A stretch of DNA of 64,000 bases from Longimicrobiales bacterium (GTDB taxonomy: Bacteria; Gemmatimonadota; Gemmatimonadetes; Longimicrobiales; Gaopeijiaceae), in the NCBI GenBank assembly GCA_041690395.1, contig JAWLHJ010000003.1, positions 96,001 through 160,000 on the forward strand, in the 5' to 3' direction. The notes under the pieces are model-generated. The model saw only the letters and a list, made by a program, of their open reading frames with translations. It did no database searches and was not told the DNA's origin. Each line of letters opens with the position of its first letter. Position 1 is the stretch's first letter. Positions 10,693-21,405 of this stretch are shown in pieces. The translations under genes were made by a program, and so were the position numbers.

Positions 10693-12231
10693 ATGACGCT
10701 TGATTTCAGCAGATCGCTCCACTACTGGTGGGCCCTCCTCCCGGAGATCGTGCTCTGCATCGCCGGCATGGTGGTGCTCATCGCGGGCGTGTCCGGCAAG
10801 CATGCCGCGGCCGCACGCGGCGACGGCGGCGCGACCTCGTCGGGGCAGGGGAACGACCTCGGATGGATCGCCCTCATGGGCCTGCTGGCCACCGCGGCGG
10901 TGAACGGATGGCTGTACGGTGTCACCGAGGTCGGCAGCGCCTCCATGATCGCCGTCGACGGATTCCGACTGTTCGCCAACTGGGTGTTCCTGCTCGGCGC
11001 CGCCCTCTCGATCCTCATCTCGTTCGGCTACGTCCACCGCCAGAAGCTCCAGGTGGGCGAATTCTACGCACTGATCCTGTTCGCGACGGCCGGCATGATG
11101 TTCATGGCCGCCGCGCGCGACCTGATCGTCGTCTTCCTCGGGCTCGAGCTCATGTCGATCGCGGTGTACGCACTGACCGCGTTCAACCGGCGTGACCGGA
11201 AGTCGGCCGAGGCGGGACTCAAGTACTTCCTGCTCGGCGCGTTCGCCACGGGCTTCCTCCTCTACGGGATCGCGCTCGTCTACGGCGCCGCGGGCAGCAC
11301 CAACATCGCGGCCGTGGCCGCGGCCATCGAAGCCGGCGCCGCGTCGGAACGCCTGCTCGTCGCTGGCGTGGCGATGCTCATCATCGGCTTCGCGTTCAAG
11401 GTGTCGGCCGTCCCGTTCCACATGTGGACCCCCGACGTCTACGAGGGTGCTCCCGCGCCGGTCACGGCCTTCATGGCCGCCGCGGTGAAGGCCGCTGCGT
11501 TCGTGGCGTTCCTGAGGATCTTCGTTGTGGCCTTCGAGGGCGTCCACGACTCGTGGTCGGGCATCGTCTGGTGGCTCGCCGCCATCACGATGGTCGTCGC
11601 GAACCTGATCGCGCTCGTCCAGTCCAACGTGAAGCGGATGCTCGCCTACTCGAGCATCGCCCATGCGGGATACCTCCTGGTCGCCATCACGGCCGCCAAC
11701 CAGACGGCGGCGGCCGGGCTGCTGTTCTACCTCCTGGTCTACACCCTGATGAACATCGGCGCCTTCGCCATCGTCATCGGTGTGTCACACCATTCGGAGC
11801 AGCGTCAGCACGTCGAGGATTACGCCGGATTCGGCTGGGCGCAGCCGGTGCTGGGGGTGTTCCTGACGATCTTCCTCCTGTCGCTCGCGGGCTTCCCGGG
11901 CACGGGCGGCTTCATGGGGAAGATCTATCTGCTCCAGGGCGCGGCCGACGCCGAGCTCTGGACGCTCGCGGTGATTCTGGTGCTGACGACCATCGCGTCG
12001 TACTGGTACTACCTGCGGGTGGCGTGGTTCATGTGGATGCGCCCCGCGACCTCCGAGGCGGACCATACGGACGTGGTGACCCCGCTTCCCATGCAGCTCG
12101 CGCTGCTCACATGCGTCGCGCTCATCATGTACACCGGCCTCTTCCCGGGCGCCGCGCTCGACTTCGCTCGGGAGAGCGTGGCCGGGTTGGGTAACCTCGG
12201 TGACACGATGCTCGGCATGACGGGACGCTGA
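10693..12231 (+). CDS. nuoN: NADH-quinone oxidoreductase subunit N
   Basis: EAGLKYF, FKVSAVPFHMWTPDVYEGAP, KRMLAYSSIAHAGY. Confidence 0.97.
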   Translation: MTLDFSRSLHYWWALLPEIVLCIAGMVVLIAGVSGKHAAAARGDGGATSSGQGNDLGWIALMGLLATAAVNGWLYGVTEVGSASMIAVDGFRLFANWVFLLGAALSILISFGYVHRQKLQVGEFYALILFATAGMMFMAAARDLIVVFLGLELMSIAVYALTAFNRRDRKSAEAGLKYFLLGAFATGFLLYGIALVYGAAGSTNIAAVAAAIEAGAASERLLVAGVAMLIIGFAFKVSAVPFHMWTPDVYEGAPAPVTAFMAAAVKAAAFVAFLRIFVVAFEGVHDSWSGIVWWLAAITMVVANLIALVQSNVKRMLAYSSIAHAGYLLVAITAANQTAAAGLLFYLLVYTLMNIGAFAIVIGVSHHSEQRQHVEDYAGFGWAQPVLGVFLTIFLLSLAGFPGTGGFMGKIYLLQGAADAELWTLAVILVLTTIASYWYYLRVAWFMWMRPATSEADHTDVVTPLPMQLALLTCVALIMYTGLFPGAALDFARESVAGLGNLGDTMLGMTGR

Positions 12232-12232
12232 C

Positions 12233-13603
12233 ATGAACGGACACATCTTCAGGCAGTACGACATCCGGGGCATCGTCGGTGAAGACCTCGACACCGATGT
12301 GACCGAGGCGGTGGGACGCGCCTTCGCGTCGAGCCTGCGCGAGGACACCGGGCTGCCGTCGCCGAAGGTGGCGGTGGGGTACGACAACCGGGACTCCTCG
12401 CCCGAGCTGGCCGCGGCGCTCATCGCGGGACTCCGCGCTTCCGGAGCCGACGTGGTCGAGATCGGCACCGTGCCGACGCCCGTCCTCTACTGGGCCGAGC
12501 AGACGCTGGGCACGGACGCGGGCATCCAGATCACGGGCTCGCACAACCCGCCCGAGTGGAACGGGATCAAGATGACCGTTCAGGCGGCGGCGCTCTTCGG
12601 AGATCAGATCACGGGGCTGCACGACCGCATTGAGCAGGGTCGCCTCCTCGACGGCTCCGGCGCGCACGAGAAGGTCGAGGTCCTGGACCGCTACGTCGAC
12701 GACGTGGTCGGACGCTTCGACCTCGCCCGCCCGATCCGCGTGGCGGTCGACTGCGGCAACGGCACGGGCTCGATCGTCGCCGAGCGGCTCCTCACCACGC
12801 TGGGCGCCGAGGTCACGCCGCTCTTCTGCGACTCCGACCCGACCTTCCCGAACCACCACCCGGACCCCACGGTCGACGAGAACCTCCAGGACCTGATCCG
12901 CGTGGTGCGCGAGAAGAAGCTCGACCTGGGCGTCGCTTTCGACGGCGACGCGGACCGGATCGGGGTGGTCGACGGCGATGGACGGATCATCCGCGGCGAC
13001 ATGCTCCTGCTCGTCTATGGGCTCGACCTCCTCGCCAAGAGGGGCCCCGGCCAGAAGCTCGTCTTCGACGTGAAGTGCTCCCAGGCGCTGCCTGAGGTGT
13101 TCGAGGCGGCGGGAGGCGAGCCGATCATGTGGAAGACCGGCCACTCCCTCATCAAGCGGAAGATGAAGGAGACCGGAGCACTCATCGCAGGCGAGCTTTC
13201 GGGTCACATCATGATCTCCGACGACTACCTCGGCTTCGACGACGCGCTCTACGACGCCTGTCGGCTGATCGACATCCTCGCGCGCTCCGATCGGACCATC
13301 GCGGAGATGGTGTCCGACTTCCCCGCCTACGTCTCTACCGCGGAGATCCGGATCGACGTGACCGAGGAGGAGAAGTGGAGCATCGTCGAGGCGGCGGTCG
13401 AGCACTTCCGTGCACTGTACGACGTCATCGACGTGGACGGCGTGCGCGTGCTCTTCGGCGACGGCTGGGCCCTGCTGAGGACCTCCAACACCCAGCCGGT
13501 GATCGTCGCGCGCTTCGAGGCGCGCACGGCCGAGCGCCTGTCGGAGATCCGTGACGAGATCGGAAGCTGGCTCGAGACGAAGGGGGTCTCGCTACCGGAG
13601 TGA
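12233..13603 (+). CDS. Phosphomannomutase/phosphoglucomutase (AlgC-like)
   Basis: IFRQYDIRG, TGSHNP phosphoserine loop, FDGDADR metal loop, GELSGH. Confidence 0.93.
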   Translation: MNGHIFRQYDIRGIVGEDLDTDVTEAVGRAFASSLREDTGLPSPKVAVGYDNRDSSPELAAALIAGLRASGADVVEIGTVPTPVLYWAEQTLGTDAGIQITGSHNPPEWNGIKMTVQAAALFGDQITGLHDRIEQGRLLDGSGAHEKVEVLDRYVDDVVGRFDLARPIRVAVDCGNGTGSIVAERLLTTLGAEVTPLFCDSDPTFPNHHPDPTVDENLQDLIRVVREKKLDLGVAFDGDADRIGVVDGDGRIIRGDMLLLVYGLDLLAKRGPGQKLVFDVKCSQALPEVFEAAGGEPIMWKTGHSLIKRKMKETGALIAGELSGHIMISDDYLGFDDALYDACRLIDILARSDRTIAEMVSDFPAYVSTAEIRIDVTEEEKWSIVEAAVEHFRALYDVIDVDGVRVLFGDGWALLRTSNTQPVIVARFEARTAERLSEIRDEIGSWLETKGVSLPE

Positions 13604-13615
13604 TGGGCATGAAGC

Positions 13616-16459
13616 GTGACGCGGCCGGCCCCTCGCAGCGGACGATCTGCTGACGTGGGCGCGTTGCGGACGCTTCTCGGCACGCTGAAGGGTGGGCGAT
13701 TGGTCGTCGCGCTCCTCGTGGCGTTCGGCGTAACGCTTCTTCTCGCGCGCGTCGCGACCGCCGCGTACGTGGAGATCCTCTGGCACCAGTCGGCCGGATA
13801 CGAGGGTGTCTTCTGGCGCCGGGTCGCGTGGAGCTGGGGCACGAGGCTCGTGGCCGGCCTCGTCGTCGTCGCCGTCGTCTACGGGAACCTCCGGCTGGCC
13901 GCCGTGAGCCTCGGCGGCATCAGCATCCGGCGCCGCTTCGGCAATATCGAGATCTCCGAGCAGCTCCCGGGGAGCTACGTGTCGGGGGCCATCCTCCTGG
14001 CGGCTTCCCTCCTCGGCCTCTGGTTCGGCGCGGCCATCCCGGCCAACCTCGGCGTCCAGATCGCGGCCATGTTCGGGGCCGGCCCGTGGGGGCTCACCGA
14101 GCCGATCCTGGGCCGGGACGTGGGCTTCTACGTCTTCCAGCTTCCGGTGCTCGCGAGCGCGGTGACGTTCGCGCTGGTGGTCACCTTCCTCCTGTTCACG
14201 CTCGTCACCGCCGCGTACGCGACGACCGGCGCCATCCGGTGGATCCGGGGTCGCGTGGACGCCCAGGATCTCGCCCGCATCCACCTCGGCGCGCTCCTGG
14301 CCGTCTTCCTGGTGCTCCTCGCCTTCCGGGTGTGGCTCGGCCGCTCGCTCCTGCTCCTCGACGGAAACTCGGGGGTGCAGGGCATCTTCGGCTTCGCCGA
14401 TGCCGAGGCGCGCTTGCCGGCGCTCCAGACGCTGGTCGTCATCCTCGTCGCGGCGGCGGGAACGGTCATGTGGGGCGCATGGAAGAACCGAGGTGTCCCG
14501 ATCGTCGTCGCGCTCGTTTCGGTGATGGTCGGCGGAACCATCATCTCGCGCATCTATCCGGCCGTCGTCCAGCGCTTCCAGGTCGTGCCCAACGAGCTCG
14601 CGAGAGAGACTCCCTTCATCGAGCACAATCTCCGCTTCACGCGTATCGCCTTCGGCCTGGACGACCTGGGCCGGACCCGGTTCGCCTACCGCCCGGGCGC
14701 GAGGGTCGCGGCGTCGAGCGTGTTGGAGGGCTTCACGGGACTGCCGGTCTGGAGCCGCAGCACGCTGATGCAGAGCTTCCGCGCCATCGAGGCACGCTTC
14801 CCGTACTACGACTTCGAGGACGTGACGATCGACCGGTACGGCGACCCCGACGAGCCTACGGTGGTCGCGGTCTCCGTGCGCGAGATCGACCCGTCCGGCA
14901 TCCAGGATCCCAACTGGCAGAACCTCCACCTGCGAGATCTGTACATCCGAGGCCTGGGGACCGTGGTGAGTCGGGCCGCCTCGCGGTCCCCGGAGGCGCG
15001 CCCCGAGATGCTCCTGACCGGTATACCGGCGGAGCGCACGGAAGCGGCGGCCGGGCTGCCGCAAATCCGGATGGAGAGGCCCGAGACGTATTTCGGGTCG
15101 CAACCACAGCGCTATGCCCTCGTCGATCCCGCCGTGCACCAGCCGGAGACTCCGGAGGGCACGCTCGAGCCTCTCCCCGCCCGCGACGCGCCGATCGGGA
15201 TCGAGCTGAGCTCCCGGGCGCGTACCGCGCTGCTCGCCTGGCGCTTCCAGGACGCGAACCTGTTCTTCGCTTCCGATCTGGCCCCCGCGACGCGCTTCGT
15301 CTACAGGAGGAGTGTCGCGGAGCGGGCTCAAGCGGTCGCGCCGTTCCTCCGGTTTCCGGAACGGCCGCGAGCGGTCCTCGCGGGCGGCCGCGTGGTCTGG
15401 CTGCTCGAGGGATTCACGGGCACCCGGGCGTTCCCCTTGTCGGCCGTGCAGGAGCTCGGAACGTTCCGCTCGCAGGTGAGCTGGGTTCGCAGCTCCGTGA
15501 AGGTCACGGTCGACGCGGTCACTGGTGCCATGTCGTTCTACCGCGTTCCGGTCGAAGACCCGCTGGCGGACGCGTACGAGGCGGCCTTCCCGGGCCTCCT
15601 GAGGCCCATCGACGACATGCCCGCCGACATACGTGACCACGTGCACTACCCCTCGGCCCTGCTCGATGTGCAGGCCCGTGTCCTCCTCCAGTACCACCAG
15701 GAAACCGCCGCGGACTTCCACGGCCAGCAGGACGTCTGGGCGACCGCGCAGCAGCAGGCCGAGAGCACGAATCCGATCATCTACGCGCCGGAGTACGGAC
15801 TCTACGCTTTCCCGGGTGACGAAGCCCCTCGCTTCAACCTGACGACGGTCTTCGTCCCGGCGGGGCGTCAGAACCTCACGGGGGTGCTGGCGGGCCGCAC
15901 CGACGAGCGCGGCGTCCCGGAGCTCGATCTCCTGGACGTGGCCGTGGCCGACCAGGTGCCCGGGCCCCGCCAGATCGAGGCGCTCGCGGAGCAGGACCCC
16001 ATGATCTCGCAGCAGTTCGCGCTCTGGCGGAGCGGAGGGAGCGAGGTCTGGACCGGGCACCTTCACCTGATCCCGATCGATGGGCGGATGTTCTACCTCG
16101 AGCCGGTCTTCCTCGCCGCCGAGTCCAACGCCATTCCCGAGCTCAGGCGCTTCCTGGTCAGCGATGGCCGACGGATCGTCATGACCGAGCAGCTCGCCGA
16201 GGGCGTGCAGTTCCTGACGGGGGAGGTCACGGAGATTCCCGGAGGCGATCCGCGCGGCGCCGTCGACCCTGGGCCGGCGGGGCGGGAAACGTGGCCGGAA
16301 GAGGCGCTCCGCCTCCTGGAGCAGGCAGACGCCCGGGCGCGTGCCGGTGATTGGGAAGGCTACGGCGCCGCGCTTTCGGCGCTCCGTGACTTCCTCGAAG
16401 GGATCCGGGTGTCGCCGGGATCGGCGCCCGCCGTTGATCGACCTCCGGGGCTCTGGTAG
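13616..16459 (+). CDS. UPF0182 family membrane protein
   Basis: N-terminal TM bundle with DVGFYVFQLP, VVPNELARETPFI, WQNLHL, VRSSVKVTVDAVTG, PELRR. Confidence 0.88.
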   Translation: MTRPAPRSGRSADVGALRTLLGTLKGGRLVVALLVAFGVTLLLARVATAAYVEILWHQSAGYEGVFWRRVAWSWGTRLVAGLVVVAVVYGNLRLAAVSLGGISIRRRFGNIEISEQLPGSYVSGAILLAASLLGLWFGAAIPANLGVQIAAMFGAGPWGLTEPILGRDVGFYVFQLPVLASAVTFALVVTFLLFTLVTAAYATTGAIRWIRGRVDAQDLARIHLGALLAVFLVLLAFRVWLGRSLLLLDGNSGVQGIFGFADAEARLPALQTLVVILVAAAGTVMWGAWKNRGVPIVVALVSVMVGGTIISRIYPAVVQRFQVVPNELARETPFIEHNLRFTRIAFGLDDLGRTRFAYRPGARVAASSVLEGFTGLPVWSRSTLMQSFRAIEARFPYYDFEDVTIDRYGDPDEPTVVAVSVREIDPSGIQDPNWQNLHLRDLYIRGLGTVVSRAASRSPEARPEMLLTGIPAERTEAAAGLPQIRMERPETYFGSQPQRYALVDPAVHQPETPEGTLEPLPARDAPIGIELSSRARTALLAWRFQDANLFFASDLAPATRFVYRRSVAERAQAVAPFLRFPERPRAVLAGGRVVWLLEGFTGTRAFPLSAVQELGTFRSQVSWVRSSVKVTVDAVTGAMSFYRVPVEDPLADAYEAAFPGLLRPIDDMPADIRDHVHYPSALLDVQARVLLQYHQETAADFHGQQDVWATAQQQAESTNPIIYAPEYGLYAFPGDEAPRFNLTTVFVPAGRQNLTGVLAGRTDERGVPELDLLDVAVADQVPGPRQIEALAEQDPMISQQFALWRSGGSEVWTGHLHLIPIDGRMFYLEPVFLAAESNAIPELRRFLVSDGRRIVMTEQLAEGVQFLTGEVTEIPGGDPRGAVDPGPAGRETWPEEALRLLEQADARARAGDWEGYGAALSALRDFLEGIRVSPGSAPAVDRPPGLW

Positions 16460-16462
16460 GTT
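16434..16462 (+). promoter_or_regulatory. Putative sigma70 promoter for sucCD-CBS-ndk
   Basis: TTGATC-17 nt-TAGGTT with an extended TG, about 80 nt before sucC ATG. Confidence 0.55.
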
Positions 16463-16540
16463 CTACCGTCTTTTTCCGCGTCTCGTGGGCCGGTCCGGCG
16501 CATGAGGGCGCACCTCCTCGATCCACCGATCCAAGCGCGC

Positions 16541-17677
16541 ATGAACATCCACGAGTATCAGGCGAAAGAGCTCTTCCGGGCGGCCGGGATCCCGGTCCCC
16601 CCGGGCGAGATCGCCACGTCACCGGCGGACGCCGAGGCCATCGCCAAGAAGTACGGTGGCATGGTCGTCGTGAAGGCACAGGTCCACTCCGGCGGCCGCG
16701 GGAAGGCCGGAGGCGTGAAGCTGGCCAAGACTGCCGCCGAGGCGCGGGAGCACGCGGAGAACATCCTGGGGATGGAGATCAGCGGTCTCACCGTCGAGAA
16801 GGTGCTCGTGACGCCGGCCGAGGACATCGAGACCGAGGCCTACGTCGGCGTGCTCGTGGACCGGAAGAAGCAGGCCGCGACCTTCATGGTCTCGGCCGAG
16901 GGCGGGGTGGACATCGAGGAAGTCGCGCATTCGAACCCGGACGCCATCCGGACGTTCACGGTGGATCCGCGCTACGGACTCCTCCCGCACCAGGCGCTCT
17001 GGCTGGCCAACACGCTCTACGACGATCCGAAGCTGATGAAGCAGGCCAGCAAGATCATCGGCCAGCTCTACACGGCGTTCGTCGACGGGGGCTGCTCCAT
17101 GGCCGAGATCAACCCGCTCATCACCACGCCCACGGGTGAGGTGAAGGCGATCGACGCCAAGGTCACCATCGACGGCAACGAGCTCTTCCGCCGTCCGAAG
17201 GTCGCCGAGATGCGCGACAGCTCCGCCGAGCCGCCCTCGGAGACGAAGGCGCGCGAGGCCGGGCTCTCGTACGTGAAGCTCGACGGCAACGTCGGCTGCT
17301 GCGTGAACGGTGCCGGGCTCGCCATGGCGACCATGGATCTCGTGAAGTATTACGGCGGAGAGCCGGCCAACTTCCTGGACATCGGTGGCTCGTCCAATCC
17401 GGACAAGGTGGTCTCGGCACTCGAGATCATCACGTCCGATCCGAACGTGAAGGTCATCCTCTTCAACATCTTCGGCGGCATCACCCGCTGCGACGACGTC
17501 GCGAACGGGATCGTCGAGGCCACGAAGCGTATCGACATCCAGATCCCGATCGTGATCCGTCTGACGGGCACGAACGAAGAGAAAGCACTCGAGATCCTCG
17601 CCGACGCCGGCTTCTCCGCGTACACGTCCATGGACGAGGTCGTCGAGAAGGCCGTCGAGCTGGCGGGGGAGGCGTAA
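16541..17677 (+). CDS. sucC: Succinyl-CoA synthetase beta subunit
   Basis: [48 protein letters not shown]. Confidence 0.97.
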   Translation: MNIHEYQAKELFRAAGIPVPPGEIATSPADAEAIAKKYGGMVVVKAQVHSGGRGKAGGVKLAKTAAEAREHAENILGMEISGLTVEKVLVTPAEDIETEAYVGVLVDRKKQAATFMVSAEGGVDIEEVAHSNPDAIRTFTVDPRYGLLPHQALWLANTLYDDPKLMKQASKIIGQLYTAFVDGGCSMAEINPLITTPTGEVKAIDAKVTIDGNELFRRPKVAEMRDSSAEPPSETKAREAGLSYVKLDGNVGCCVNGAGLAMATMDLVKYYGGEPANFLDIGGSSNPDKVVSALEIITSDPNVKVILFNIFGGITRCDDVANGIVEATKRIDIQIPIVIRLTGTNEEKALEILADAGFSAYTSMDEVVEKAVELAGEA

Positions 17678-17680
17678 CCG

Positions 17681-18565
17681 ATGGCCATCTTCATCGATAA
17701 AGACACAAAGCTCGTCGTCCAGGGCATCACCGGCCGCGACGGATCCTTCCACACCACCCAGATGATCGAGTACGGGACACAGGTCGTCGCGGGCGTGACG
17801 CCCGGCAAGGGCGGTCAGACGTTCGACGGGCCGGGTGGCAAGGACGTTCCGATCTTCGACTGCATGGACGAAGCCGTCGAGGCGACCGGAGCCAACACCT
17901 CCGTCATCTACGTGCCGCCGGCCTTCGCGGCCAGCGCGATCATGGAGGCCGTGGACAGCGGCGTGGACCTGGTGGTCGCGATCACCGAGGGCGTGCCCGT
18001 GCTCGACATGGCTCGGGCGCACGCCTTCGCGCACGACCGCGGAGTCCGGATCCTCGGGCCGAACTGCCCGGGGCTCCTCTCGCCCGGGAAGTCCAAGGTG
18101 GGCATTCTACCCGCTCAGATCGTGACCGAGGGTCCGATCGGGGTCGTGTCGCGGTCGGGTACGCTGACGTACGAGGCGGTTTTCCAGCTCACCAGCGTGG
18201 GCCTCGGACAGACCACGTGCGTGGGCATCGGCGGCGACCCGCTCATCGGCACGAACTTCATCGACTGCCTCGAGGCGTTCGAGGCCGATCCGGACACGAA
18301 GGCCGTCGTCATGATCGGCGAGATCGGCGGGACGGACGAGCAGGAGGCCGCCGAGTACGTGAAGGCGAACATGTCGAAGCCGGTAGTCGGCTTCATCGCC
18401 GGCCAGACGGCGCCTCCCGGCCGCCAGATGGGACACGCGGGGGCGATCATCAGTGGCGCCGCGGGCACGGCCGAGGAGAAGATGAAGGCGTTCGAGGACA
18501 ACGGGATCGCGGTCGCCAAGCGTCCCAAGGACATCGTGGGTCTCATTCAGGACGCCCTGGCCTGA
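17681..18565 (+). CDS. sucD: Succinyl-CoA synthetase alpha subunit
   Basis: [27 protein letters not shown] (phospho-His). Confidence 0.97.
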   Translation: MAIFIDKDTKLVVQGITGRDGSFHTTQMIEYGTQVVAGVTPGKGGQTFDGPGGKDVPIFDCMDEAVEATGANTSVIYVPPAFAASAIMEAVDSGVDLVVAITEGVPVLDMARAHAFAHDRGVRILGPNCPGLLSPGKSKVGILPAQIVTEGPIGVVSRSGTLTYEAVFQLTSVGLGQTTCVGIGGDPLIGTNFIDCLEAFEADPDTKAVVMIGEIGGTDEQEAAEYVKANMSKPVVGFIAGQTAPPGRQMGHAGAIISGAAGTAEEKMKAFEDNGIAVAKRPKDIVGLIQDALA

Positions 18566-18584
18566 CCGGGCAATTTAGGGAGCG

Positions 18585-18614
18585 CCGCCCCCGGGCCTCA
18601 CGGTCCGGGGGCGG
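18585..18614 (+). other. GC-rich hairpin between sucD and the CBS gene
   Basis: CCGCCCCCGG...CCGGGGGCGG inverted repeat with no U-tract; possibly an mRNA stabiliser or weak terminator. Confidence 0.45.
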
Positions 18615-18626
18615 TGGCCTGCCAAC

Positions 18627-19085
18627 ATGAACGAAGACGTTCGCGTAGAGCACGCGCTGACCAGCATCAGCTACCGGGTGTATCCGGACACTCCGTTCGC
18701 GGAGATCCTGGACCTCATGGTGCGGCGGCAGCTGCATGCGGTGCCCGTGGTGGGGGAGGACTACGAGGTCCTCGGCATCATCACGACCGGGGACGCTCTC
18801 CAGACGGTGCTCCGCCGGTCGCGGGGCGCCGCTCCGGGGCAGGGGAAGCCCGGCGAAGGTTTGGTGGCGCGGGACGTCATGACGCGGACCGTCCTGTGCG
18901 TCTCCGAGGATCAGCTCCTCACCGAGGCGGCCCAGATGATGGCCAACCGCGACGTCGAGCAGCTTCCGGTCGTCCGGGACGGCTCGCTCGTCGGCTTCCT
19001 TACCAGAGATTCCGTGCTTCAGGCCCTCCACGGGGGGGACCGCACGTCAACCGAATCCGATTCAACAGAAGAAGGGGAACCATGA
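18627..19085 (+). CDS. Stand-alone CBS-pair protein
   Basis: Two CBS repeats (HAVPVV..LGIITTGD; EQLPVVRDGSLVGFLTRD). Confidence 0.88.
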   Translation: MNEDVRVEHALTSISYRVYPDTPFAEILDLMVRRQLHAVPVVGEDYEVLGIITTGDALQTVLRRSRGAAPGQGKPGEGLVARDVMTRTVLCVSEDQLLTEAAQMMANRDVEQLPVVRDGSLVGFLTRDSVLQALHGGDRTSTESDSTEEGEP

Positions 19086-19507
19086 GCCACACCCTGGCCA
19101 TCATCAAGCCGGACGCGGTCGAGGCCGGCAAGGCCGGCAAGATCCTGGCCCACCTCGAGGGCGCGGGCTTCGCCGTGCGTGCGATGCGGCTCGCCCGTCT
19201 CGACATCGAGCAGGCGCGGGCGTTCTACGCTGTTCACGAGGGACGGCCGTTCTACGACGAGCTCGTCGAGTTCATGACATCCGGCCCCGTGATTCCCATG
19301 GTCCTGGAGGCGAGCGACGCCGTGCCGCGTCTAAGGGAGACCATCGGCGCCACCGATCCGGCCGAGGCCGCCGAGGGCACCGTACGCAAGCTCTACGCCG
19401 AGTCCAAGGGGCGGAACGCCATTCACGCCTCCGACTCGGACGAAAACGCCAGGAACGAGATCGCGTTTTTCTTCAGCGAGGCCGAGCGTATTCGCCTTGC
19501 GCGCTGA
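19082..19507 (+). CDS. ndk: Nucleoside diphosphate kinase
   Basis: TLAIIKPDAV, FMTSGP, GATDP, RNAIHASDS; ATGA overlap with CBS gene. Confidence 0.96.
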   Translation: MSHTLAIIKPDAVEAGKAGKILAHLEGAGFAVRAMRLARLDIEQARAFYAVHEGRPFYDELVEFMTSGPVIPMVLEASDAVPRLRETIGATDPAEAAEGTVRKLYAESKGRNAIHASDSDENARNEIAFFFSEAERIRLAR

Positions 19508-19511
19508 GCGG

Positions 19512-19539
19512 TAGACATTTGCGCTCGTATCGCTAGCTT
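19512..19539 (+). promoter_or_regulatory. Putative sigma70 promoter for the yceD-rpmF-fab operon, near-leaderless
   Basis: TAGACA-16 nt-TAGCTT; the -10 ends 8 nt before ATG 19548. Confidence 0.5.
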
Positions 19540-19547
19540 TCAGGACT

Positions 19548-20063
19548 ATGCTCGAGGTCTCACTGGGTCAGCTGCACCGCGAAGGCAGCGTCGAAGTCGA
19601 TGCGCGGGTGCCGCCTGACGATCCCATGTGGGACGGGATGCAGCCGGCGTGGGCCGATACCGTGGAGGCCTACTTCAAGGTCTCGTCCGCGGGGTCGGGA
19701 GAGGTCATCGCCCGGGGGCGTGTGCACGGAACGCTGGCGCAGGCGTGCCGGCGCTGTCTCGAGCCGTTGGAGCGAGAGTTCGACGAAGAGCTGACGCTCG
19801 TGTTCGTCGATGAAGAGGATATCGAGGATGGGGACGACGTCGGGGAGACCCACATCATCCGTCCCACGGACTCGAAGCTGGATCTGAGTGGCGCGGTGCG
19901 CGAGGAGGTGTTCCTCGCGATCGAGCCTTACGTTGTGTGTGACCCGGAGTGCAAGGGACTTTGCCCGGAGTGCGGTACGAACCTGAACGAGGGTTCTTGC
20001 TCGTGCGTGCGGGAGGAAGTCGACCCGCGCTGGGATGCGCTCAGGAAGCTCAAGGAGAAGTGA
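19548..20063 (+). CDS. yceD: DUF177/YceD family protein
   Basis: CRRCL, CDPECKGLCPECGTNLN, DPRWDAL; directly upstream of rpmF. Confidence 0.92.
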   Translation: MLEVSLGQLHREGSVEVDARVPPDDPMWDGMQPAWADTVEAYFKVSSAGSGEVIARGRVHGTLAQACRRCLEPLEREFDEELTLVFVDEEDIEDGDDVGETHIIRPTDSKLDLSGAVREEVFLAIEPYVVCDPECKGLCPECGTNLNEGSCSCVREEVDPRWDALRKLKEK

Positions 20064-20072
20064 CAAGAAGCC

Positions 20073-20255
20073 ATGGCCGTTCCAAAGAAGCGTACGTCGA
20101 AGCAGCGCAAGCGTAAGCGTCGGACCCACTACAAGGCCGAGGGCGTCACCGTCCATTCGTGCCCGAAGTGCTCCGACCCGAAGCTACCCCATCGGGTCTG
20201 CCCGAGCTGCGGGCACTACAGGGACACCCAGGTCCTCGACGTCGAGATCGACTGA
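20073..20255 (+). CDS. rpmF: 50S ribosomal protein L32 (Zn-binding form)
   Basis: MAVPKKRTSK, CPKC...HRVCPSCGHY. Confidence 0.97.
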   Translation: MAVPKKRTSKQRKRKRRTHYKAEGVTVHSCPKCSDPKLPHRVCPSCGHYRDTQVLDVEID

Positions 20256-20408
20256 TAACGGCACCGCGCGCTCGGCTCCGCCGCGGGCCGGGAAGGCGAG
20301 GCGTCGAGGCCGTTCGGCCCGTCGCCGACGCATGCGCGGAAACCCTCCTGGCCCAGGCCGGTGAGGGTGTCTTCATGATCGCCTCCACTCGATAACCGGG
20401 ACGGATCC

Positions 20409-21401
20409 GTGCGAATCGTACTCGACGCGATGGGCACCGACGACGCTCCGAAGGCCGAGGTCGCCGGTGCGCTCGAAGCCCTGCGTACCTTCGAGGAAGA
20501 CGTCGAAGTGGTCCTCGTCGGCGACCAGGCCGTGATCGAGGCCGAGATCGCCCGGCATGGCGAGCGGCCCGAGCGACTGCTCGTCCATCACGCGCCAGAG
20601 CGTGTTACAGCCGAGGACCCACCGGCATCGGTGCTCCGCCGCAAGCCCGACTCGTCCATCGCGGTCGGCTTGCGCCTGCACCAATCCGGGGAGGGTGACG
20701 CCTTCGTCAGCGCCGGGTCGACCGGCGCCGTGATGGCGTCCTCCCTCTTCATCCTGCGCCCCCTTCCCGGGGTGGCGAGACCGGCGATCGGCACGATCCT
20801 CCCGACGTCCGACCAGCCCTGCCTGCTCGTCGACGCCGGAGCGAACGTCGACTGCAAGCCCCAGCACCTGGTGCAGTTCGCCCGCCTCGGGCACACCTAT
20901 TCGCAGGATCTCATGGGCCGGGAGAACCCGCGCATCGGGCTGCTCAACATCGGTGAAGAGCCGGGGAAAGGCGACGAGCTGACCGTCGAGACGCACCGTC
21001 TCCTGAGCGAGCAGAAGGGCATGAACTTCATCGGCAACATCGAGGGGCGGGACATCATCCGTGGCGCGTGCGACGTCGTGGTCTGCGACGGCTTCGTCGG
21101 GAACGTGCTGCTCAAGTTCTACGAGTCGGTCGCCGCCTTCATCGTGGGGCTCCTCAAGAAGGAGCTGAAGGAGCTCGGCGACCGGGGACAGGACCTCGAG
21201 CACGTCTTCCGCGTCCTCGACTACGCCGAGTACGGGGGTGCCCCGTTGCTCGGTGTGGGTGGAGTCTCGATCATCTGTCACGGCGGATCGCCTCCGAAGG
21301 CGATCCGGAATGCCCTGGCGGTCGCCGCGCGCGCGGTGCGGTCGGGAATGGTGCGACACAGCGCCCGCAACCTCTCAGAGGCCGTCGACGCGAAGGAGTG
21401 A
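20409..21401 (+). CDS. plsX: Phosphate acyltransferase PlsX
   Basis: LDAMG, SAGSTGA, DAGANVD, LLNIGEEPGKG, CDGFVGN, YGGAPLLG. Confidence 0.96.
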   Translation: MRIVLDAMGTDDAPKAEVAGALEALRTFEEDVEVVLVGDQAVIEAEIARHGERPERLLVHHAPERVTAEDPPASVLRRKPDSSIAVGLRLHQSGEGDAFVSAGSTGAVMASSLFILRPLPGVARPAIGTILPTSDQPCLLVDAGANVDCKPQHLVQFARLGHTYSQDLMGRENPRIGLLNIGEEPGKGDELTVETHRLLSEQKGMNFIGNIEGRDIIRGACDVVVCDGFVGNVLLKFYESVAAFIVGLLKKELKELGDRGQDLEHVFRVLDYAEYGGAPLLGVGGVSIICHGGSPPKAIRNALAVAARAVRSGMVRHSARNLSEAVDAKE

Positions 21402-21405
21402 CGAC

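Noticed and set aside
13592..16066. Long antisense and alternate-frame ORFs (also 2388-4268, 27549-29522, 29946-32132 and others)
   Set aside because: Arg/Pro/Ala-rich shadow ORFs expected from stop-codon scarcity in high-GC DNA; they overlap well-supported genes.
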